A DNA stretch of 64,000 nt from NCBI GenBank assembly GCA_964016885.1, contig OZ024740.1, forward strand, positions 400,148,001-400,212,000, read 5' to 3'. The position numbers and the translations under genes were made by a program. The first letter of the stretch is position 1. Every line of letters begins with the position of its first letter. This DNA is from Eledone cirrhosa (taxonomy: Eukaryota). This document shows, piece after piece, positions 56,326 to 64,000 of this stretch. Below the pieces are notes generated by a model. That model ran no database searches. It was given only the letters and a program-made list of their open reading frames with translations, and was not told where the DNA came from.

Positions 56326-57765
56326 GAAGACATGTACGACTAGACAAAGAAGGATTATTGCAGGTAGCATCAGGGACACCTCTATCTTCACCAATCTCTG
56401 GCCACAGTACTACGGTACGAGAATAAGTTCGTCGCTTCTGAGGAGAGCTGCGGAATTCGGTTTTACTCCTGCATGGGCAAATAAAACATCCACCGACCCA
56501 AATCCTTTGCATCGAGTCATATGGGTTATGCATGCCCATCACCACCCAAGGCATTTGGGATTTGAGCATTACTGGTCCACTACACTCCAACCGGCGTGAT
56601 TTAGCTGGAAACCCATCAGGTCGGATGTATGTTTGAGGCTCATCCTGTGACCCCCCCTTTCCACCATCCTCCTTGTCTGCCTTAACACTTCCTCTTTGAT
56701 AATTAATTTTTCTACATAATAATAAAAATAATAACATAATATTAACATAATTATAATACTAATAATGATTACTTTCTAAAACAATTTAAACCAATTTAGT
56801 AATGATTTCAGCAAAAGACAGATGATGTCTGAATTGAAATCATCTTTCTCCTATCTTTCTATTTTTTAATCAATCATTGTCGAACAATGATGATGATGAT
56901 GATGATGATGATGAAGAAGAAGCAGATGATGATGGTGATGGTGATGATAATTACTATAATGATGATGTTGTTGTGGAGGAGAAGAAGGATCTAAATAAAT
57001 AAATAAATAGCAGTACCAGTCACAATAATACTTTAATTGAAAGAAGTTATTTTCTTTTGTGGAAACTAATTGCATGAGAAACTCTTGGAAACATTCGCAA
57101 CACAGTGGTAATGTAATATTCTTTGATGTTGCTACCTTATTTATTGTGTCTAATTGATGTAGCTGTTATTCGTGTTGTTGCTGTTGTTTTCTTTTAAATT
57201 AGCGGCGTTGTTATTATATTAAAATCAGCATTTAGAAATATATTTCAAAGCGGAAAATTTTATTGGATTAAGGTGATAATTAATTTCATTATCACCTGTG
57301 TTTTTTACGGATTATTTTTATTTGCATATTGATTGTTGTTGCTGGTATTGTTACTGTTGTTTGCGTTGCTGTGCCGTATTTAATGTTTTCTTAATGTAAG
57401 TCCTGTATAACAAATAAACAAGTCATTGTTATTGTCATTGCTATTGCTGTTGTCGTTGTTATCGCTGTGGTTGTCTCAGTGTTCCTGTTGCTATAATCGC
57501 CATTATTCTCGCCGTCAATATCATTATAGTCAACAGCGTTCATTATAATCGAAATTATTATTGATATTATCAAACTTCGAAGCATAAGCCACATATAGCA
57601 TCGGCTCCAGTGTTTTTTAAGGTATTCTAACCTTTATTTTTACATTCTCTATACTTTTATTTAATTTTTTAAATTAATAGAAGTTTAGGTACGTCTGCTT
57701 GCTTTCGGCAGGTAGAATATTTTCTGTCGAAAGACACCCATGCGGGGGATTTAAATTTTATTTGA

Positions 57766-57810
<45 letters not shown>

Positions 57811-57899
57811 TCCTATTGTATAAAACATTCATGGAAACGTCACCACACTTCTACGAAATTGTATATATATATAATATATATATATATACATATATATAT

Positions 57900-57971
<72 letters not shown>

Positions 57972-57974
<3 letters not shown>

Positions 57975-58230
57975 ACGAAGGAAATGTGGTAAGGAACCAG
58001 GTGGACCATAACGCACCAAAGTACTCGATACTTAGGGTAGTAGAGTGGGTAATAGGAACAAGTAAGACCCCGACGGCTGAGCTCAAGCCGTTTCGACGGC
58101 TAATTCTGGACTAACAAGTAAGACCCCGATGGCTGAGCTCAAGCCATTTCGACGGCTAATTCTGGACTAGAGTCCAGAATTAGCCGTCGAAACGGCTTGA
58201 GCTCAGCCGTCGGGGTCTTACTTGTTCCTA
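57972..58230 (-). mobile_element. (TA)n-flanked hammerhead-half micro-element with a 56-bp tandem duplication and an inverted arm
   Basis: 58057-58112 repeats at 58113-58168 and is inverted at 58171-58230; GAAAcggct tgagctc agccgTC ggggtct; same family as 9669-9800. Confidence 0.85.
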
Positions 58231-58314
58231 TATATATACATATATATATATATATACATATAATATTAATTCAAAATATTAACCAAATAGATATTCTTGT
58301 GATCAATTATATTT

Positions 58315-58375
58315 TATTATACATATTTCAGAGGTACTGAATTAAGTTCAACAGTACGTCCTCATCAGATAAAAT
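58315..58375 (-). ncRNA. Hammerhead-like motif, weak stem I
   Basis: Minus strand tat CTGATGA ggac gtactg..cagtac ctct GAAA tatg TA; a homolog lies at ~41268-41325 (-). Confidence 0.5.
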
Positions 58376-59150
58376 AAAATGATACATGACATACCCTGAC
58401 ATGGTAGATGGCTAAGATTTAATCAAGGTAGTGATTAACTTATGATAAAACTCAATATTTATACCCTAATATTGAGAACATGAGAAAACGTAATACAAAC
58501 AATAGAGAGAGTGTGAGTAATATATTTTTAGAAATACATGGCATCAATATAACAGTTATAGAATTTTTTATTTTTAAAAACTACTAGAGAAAGAGGAGGG
58601 AAAGGAAAGCATATAGGAAGAAACAGCTGATGTGATAACTTATTTAGTATTTAGCTTGAGAAGACAGATGAACGATGATTGAAGAGAGAGAGAGAGACAA
58701 AGGGGAGTAATTTATGTTCAAGTTTCTACACACACAGATTCTTATATAGTATAGTTGGCGGTTAATTTTCAAAATATTTAATTTATGTTATTTCAGGGTA
58801 AAGAATCACATTTTAGGTTTTAAAAGTTAATAGGTATTTGTATTAATATTATAATATAATTATGTTAAATTTCTAAAATTCAAATGTTATGAAAACAAAT
58901 TTAAAGGATTTACGAAACCCGAGAAAGAAAGAATATATATATATATAATGTTTTATATCCTCACGAAGGTAATCTTTACCAAAATTACTTATAATATTGA
59001 CAACAGTTTCTATAATATAATTTTTAAGATATTTATAGTTATAACTACTAAAGAATTTATTGTTAAATAGTTTGAGTGCCTAAAGTATCAAACGGCCTTA
59101 TAATTAAACTTAAAGAAGTCAGAATTTTCAACTATATATATGTATTGATC

Positions 59151-59333
59151 ATAATTGTTTCTACTTTTGGCACAAGGCCAGAAATTATCCCAATGCATTA
59201 CTGGTACTTTATTTTATCGACCCCGTAAGGATGAAAGGCAAAGTTAACCTCGACGGGATTTGAACTCAGACCCTAAAGGGACGAAACTATGCTGGAAAGC
59301 ATGGCGTCCGACCCTCTACCGATACTGCCAATT
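59151..59333 (-). mobile_element. SINE family A, full length
   Basis: Matches the other copies. Confidence 0.85.
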
Positions 59334-59497
59334 CTTATAATATATAATTGATCACAAGAATATCTATTTTGTTAATATTTTGAATTAATATTAATAACTC
59401 TGGAAAATATTTTTTTTCTATAGAGTGCTTCCAATCTATTGTAAAACTCATTCTTTGATGTATTCATTGAATCTTGTTTAACTATTAAATATATATA

Positions 59498-59577
<80 letters not shown>

Positions 59578-59874
59578 CAGATTCTACGTCGACTGTCTAC
59601 AGGCAGCCGGCAAGGAAAGTAAACAAATCGAAAACCCGATTTATGAGATAAAAAATGAACAAAAAAACATTTTTGTCGATGGCAAAAAACATTAATAGCA
59701 GTAACAACAACAACAGCCAAAACAACTGCAGTTACAACCACAGCAGCAAAACTAATGATGGCACCAGCGCCAACAACAACAACGTGAACAACGACAGCAC
59801 TAACAGCAACAAGGAAACAAGGGAAAAACAGCAACAACAACATCACCAATAAGAACATCAACAACGTTTGGTCG

Positions 59875-60415
59875 AAGCATGGAAATTGATCAAAAGAAAG
59901 AAAACCTGGACCAACCTAACCGTCCCTGTCGTGGTGATGGAGGCAATACAAAGGAGAACTTTGATTTTTAGATGTATTTCAGTGCAAATTCGCAAAGGGG
60001 AATTGGCACCGCAATCTGAAGTGGCGGCCGTACTAAAATGCATCAGAAAAGATATTGAGTACACACAGTTGGGCACATTCTCGGGGCTTTTCAAAACAGA
60101 GGCCCTTGTCATTAAACACTCGGTGTAGAACTGATCGCCTTTTTCTGCACCCGTCCCACATGAGCAGAAGAACTATAAAGGTTCCCTTTCCCATGACTCC
60201 ACCAGGACTGGTGGCTCCTAGGATGCGTGATCCAAATTCTGAGATTCTTCTTCAAATCAAACCGGACGATCTCAAAAATATCCCGGACCAACATGGTCAC
60301 GATCAGGGCAGCCACTCTCACTCTTAAATGGGCCGAGAGGAAGCTGTCCCTGAAAGGTCGGGGAGAGGTGGCGAACGCTTACATCTATTTCCACCTGACC
60401 GTCCTGCCTTGCTCA
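59875..60415 (+). mobile_element. Tx1/L1-clade LINE relic (probable ORF1 start joined to post-RT region)
   Basis: TLKWAERKLSLKGRGEVANAYIYFHLTVLPC (W..R.LSL.GR motif); the ORF1 assignment of 59868..60128 is weaker. Confidence 0.65.
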
Positions 60416-60606
60416 TGTTCGTGCATCATGATCATGATCATGATGATGATCATCATCATCATAATCACCACTACCACCACCACAACAACCAACATCATCA
60501 TTATCATCATTGTTTTTGTTATGGATATTTGTTCTGCTGGGTTTTCTAAACTCAAAATCATTTCACTTTTGGCATGTTTCCTTTCCTTCCATTCTCCGTT
60601 TCTATT

Positions 60607-60654
<48 letters not shown>

Positions 60655-60884
60655 GCTAATTATTCCTCTTACTCATTACACTCACATATACACCCCACAT
60701 ACACAGACACACATATACAGACAAACACACACACACATATACAGTATATATATATATGCATTTGCTTGTGATTACTTTGTATACATGTATTTCGCTAACT
60801 CTGTAACCGTCATTACGTCTTAACTATTGATCGCTCCAACTATTTCTCTTTCTTCTATTTTATTTATCTAATCACTGCTCTTCG

Positions 60885-61580
60885 TCTCTAACCCTTCCTT
60901 CTCTAACTCTTCCTTCTCTAACTCTTCCTTCTCTAACTCTTCCTTCTCTAACCCTTCCTTCTCTAACCTTTCATTCTCTAACCCTTCTCTAACCCTTCTC
61001 TAACTCTTCCTCTCTAACTCTTCCTCTCTAACCCTTTCTTCTACAACCCTTCTGTAACCCTTCTCTAACCCTTCCTTCTCTAACCGTTCTCTAACCCTTC
61101 TCTAACCCTTCTCTAACTCTTCCTCTCTAACCCTTCCTTCTCCAACCCTTCTCTAACCCTTCCTTCTCTAACCCTTCTCTAACCCTTCTCTAACCCTTCT
61201 CTAACCCATCTCTAACCCTTCCATCTCTAACCCTTCTCTAACCCTTCTCTAACCCTTCTCTAACCCTTCTCTAACCCTTCCTTCTCTAACCCTTCTCTAA
61301 CCCTTCCTTCTCTAACCCTTCTCTAACCCTTCTCTAACTCTTCCTCTCTAACCCTTCCTTCTCTAATCTTTCTCTAACCCTTCTCTAACCCTTCCTTCTC
61401 TAACCCTTCTCTAACCCTTCTCTAACCCTTCCTTCTCTAACCCTTCCTCTCTAACCCTTCCTCTCTAACCCTTCCTTCTCTAACCCTTCTCTATCACTTC
61501 TCTAACCCTTCTCTAACCCTTCTCTAATCCTTCTCTAACCCTTCTCTAATCCTTCTCTAACCCTTCTCTAATCCTTCCTG
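60885..61580 (+). repeat. Minisatellite of 11/15-bp units ctctaaccctt(cctt)
   Basis: Direct reading; most units contain TAACCC. Confidence 0.95.
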
Positions 61581-61742
61581 CTCTACCTTGTTCTATCTGA
61601 TTTAATTTAAAACTTACTTATTAGTCTAAAAATCATGAGCCTCAGCATCAGCATTATCATCATCACCAACATCATCCAACTCACCGTCGTTGTCGTTGTA
61701 TTCATCATCATCATCATCGACAAGATCATCGTCATGATCATG

Positions 61743-61867
61743 TCATGGCCGTGGTCATAGTCATGGCCGTGGTCATAGTCATGGCCGTGGTCATAGTCAT
61801 GGCCGTGGTCATAGTCATGGCCGTGGTCATAGTCATGGCCGTGGTCATAGTTATGGCCGTGGTCATA
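61743..61867 (+). repeat. 18-bp tandem repeat, ~7 copies
   Basis: tcatggccgtggtcatag. Confidence 0.95.
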
Positions 61868-61954
61868 TTAACATTCGTCGTCGCCATCAAGGTTATCGTC
61901 ATCATCAACGCTATCTTCGTCTTCCCCGAAATCATTAGCAACATCATTATCTAA

Positions 61955-62222
61955 TACGGGGTCGATAACATAAAGTACCAGTAATACACTGGGTAATTGC
62001 TGGCCTTGTGCCAAAAGTAGAAACAATTATCTAACACGGATTGGCAGTATCGGTAGAGGTTCGGACGCCATGCTTTGACGCATAGAGTTACGGCCCTTGC
62101 CATTCTGAGTTCAAATCCCGCCGAGGTTAACTTTGCCTTTCATCCTTACGGGTTCTATAAAATAAAGTACCAGTAATACACTGGATAATTGCTGGCCTTG
62201 TGCCAAAAGTAGAAACAATTAT
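61955..62222 (+). mobile_element. SINE family A, 3' half followed by a full copy
   Basis: ggggtcgataa..gtaccagtaatacactgg..gtagaaacaatt occurs twice. Confidence 0.85.
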
Positions 62223-62294
62223 CTAACACGAGGATGATGATATGATCCCCACCACTATCCCTCCCCCATCATCATCATCAGCAGCAGAAGCAAG

Positions 62295-62325
<31 letters not shown>

Positions 62326-62396
62326 AACATGCAAGGACAATAACACCATCAATAACAACAATCTGCAGCAAGAATAACAACTACAAATAAAACAAG

Positions 62397-64000
62397 AACA
62401 ACTACCACAATAGCCACCACCATAGCCACCACCACACGACCTGACCATACTACCTCCCATACAACAACAACAGGGAAACAACTACCACAATAGCCACCAC
62501 CATAACCACCACCACACGACCTGACCATACTACCTCCCATACAACAACAACAGGGAAACAACTACCACAATAGCCACCACCATAACCACCACCACACGAC
62601 CTGACCATACTACCTCCCATACAACAACAACAGGGAAACAACTACCACCATAGCCACCACCATAGCCACCGCCACACGACCTGACCATACTACCTCCCAT
62701 ACAACAACAACAGGGAAACAACTACCACAATAGCCACCACCATAGCCAACACCACACGACCTGACCATACTACCTCCCATACAACAACAACAGGGAAACA
62801 ACTACCACAATAGCCACCACCATAGCGACCACCACACGACCTGACCATACTACCTCCCATACAACAACAACAGGGAAACAACTACCACAATAGCCACCAC
62901 CATAACCACCACCACACGACCTGACCATACTACCTCCCATACAACAACAATAGGGAAACAACTACCACAATAGCCACCACCATAGCCACCACCACACGAC
63001 CTGACCATACTACCTCCCATACAACAACAACAGGGAAACAACTACGACAATAGCCACTACCATAACCACCACCACACGACCTGACCATACTACCTCCCAT
63101 ACAACAACAACAGGGAAACAACTACCACAATAGCCACCACCATAGCCACCACCACACGACCTGACCATACTACCTCCCATACAACAACAACAGGGAAACA
63201 ACTACCACAATAGCCACCACCATAGCCACCACCACACGACCTGACCATACTACCTCCCATACAACAACAACAGGGAAACAACTACCACAATAGCCACCAC
63301 CATAGCCACCACCACACGACCTGACCATACTACCTCCCATACAACAACAACAGGGAAACAACTACCACAATAGCCACCACCATAACCACCACCACACGAC
63401 ATCACCATACTACCTCCCATACAACAACAACAGGGAAACAACTACGACAATAGCCACCACCATAGCCACCACCACACGACCTGACCATGCTACCTCCCAT
63501 ACAACAACAACAGGGAAACAACTACCACAATAGCCACTACCATAACCACCACCACACGACCTGACCATACTACCTCCCATACAACAACAACAGGGAAACA
63601 ACTACCACAATATCCACCACCATAGCCACCACCACACGACCTGACCATACTACCTCCCATACAACAACAACAGGGAAACAACTACCACAATAGCCACCAC
63701 CATAGCCACCACCACACGACCTGACCATACTACCTCCCATACAACAACAACAGGGAAACAACTACCACAATAGCCACCACCATAGCCACCACCACACGAC
63801 CTGACCATACTACCTCCCATACAACAACAACAGGGAAACAACTACCACAATAGCCACCACCATAACCACCACCACACGACCTCACCATACTACCTCCCAT
63901 ACAACAACAACAGGGAAACAACTACGACAATAGCCACCACCATAGCCACCACCACACGACCTGACCATACTACCTCCCATACAACAACTACAGGGAAACA
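62397..64000 (+). repeat. 80-bp tandem satellite, ~20 near-identical copies, runs off the window end
   Basis: aacaactaccacaatagccaccaccatagccaccaccacacgacctgaccatactacctcccatacaacaacaacaggga; ORF track shows an 80-bp period. Confidence 0.97.

Noticed and set aside
62278-63921. Repeated Cys/GGY-rich ORFs (MFPCCCCMGG...GGGYGGGY) resembling a structural protein
   Set aside because: The unit is 80 bp, not a multiple of 3; each ORF drifts through frames and stops after ~63 aa. It is satellite translation.
62397-64000. CRISPR-like regular array
   Set aside because: No unique spacers, the whole unit repeats, and the context is eukaryotic with no cas genes

Overview
AT-rich, microsatellite-saturated eukaryotic DNA with no intact protein-coding gene (intergenic or a large intron). 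The SINE families and the (TA)n/(CA)n density suggest a cephalopod (Octopus-like) genome; this is inference. Almost all ORF-track entries are translated microsatellites. The real content is a graveyard of mobile elements: at least 6 Penelope-like (GIY-YIG) fragments, RTE, Tx1/L1, CR1, R4/Dong-like and CRE-like LINE fragments, two mariner relics, more than 15 tRNA-derived SINE copies, a TAACCC-containing minisatellite and an 80-bp satellite. The main hidden signal is a dense set of type I hammerhead ribozyme motifs (about 8 well formed, about 10 partial or degenerate). They sit in small elements inserted in (TA)n tracts, usually with a short inverted arm. Three of these elements (27.8-28.5 kb, 40.2-40.9 kb, 43.1-43.5 kb) contain a complete ORF-less unit of 370-520 bp in partial tandem, the layout expected of retrozyme-like or non-autonomous Penelope-dependent circular-RNA elements. 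There are also several (TA)n-anchored local copies of neighbouring DNA. All alignments and folds were done by eye.
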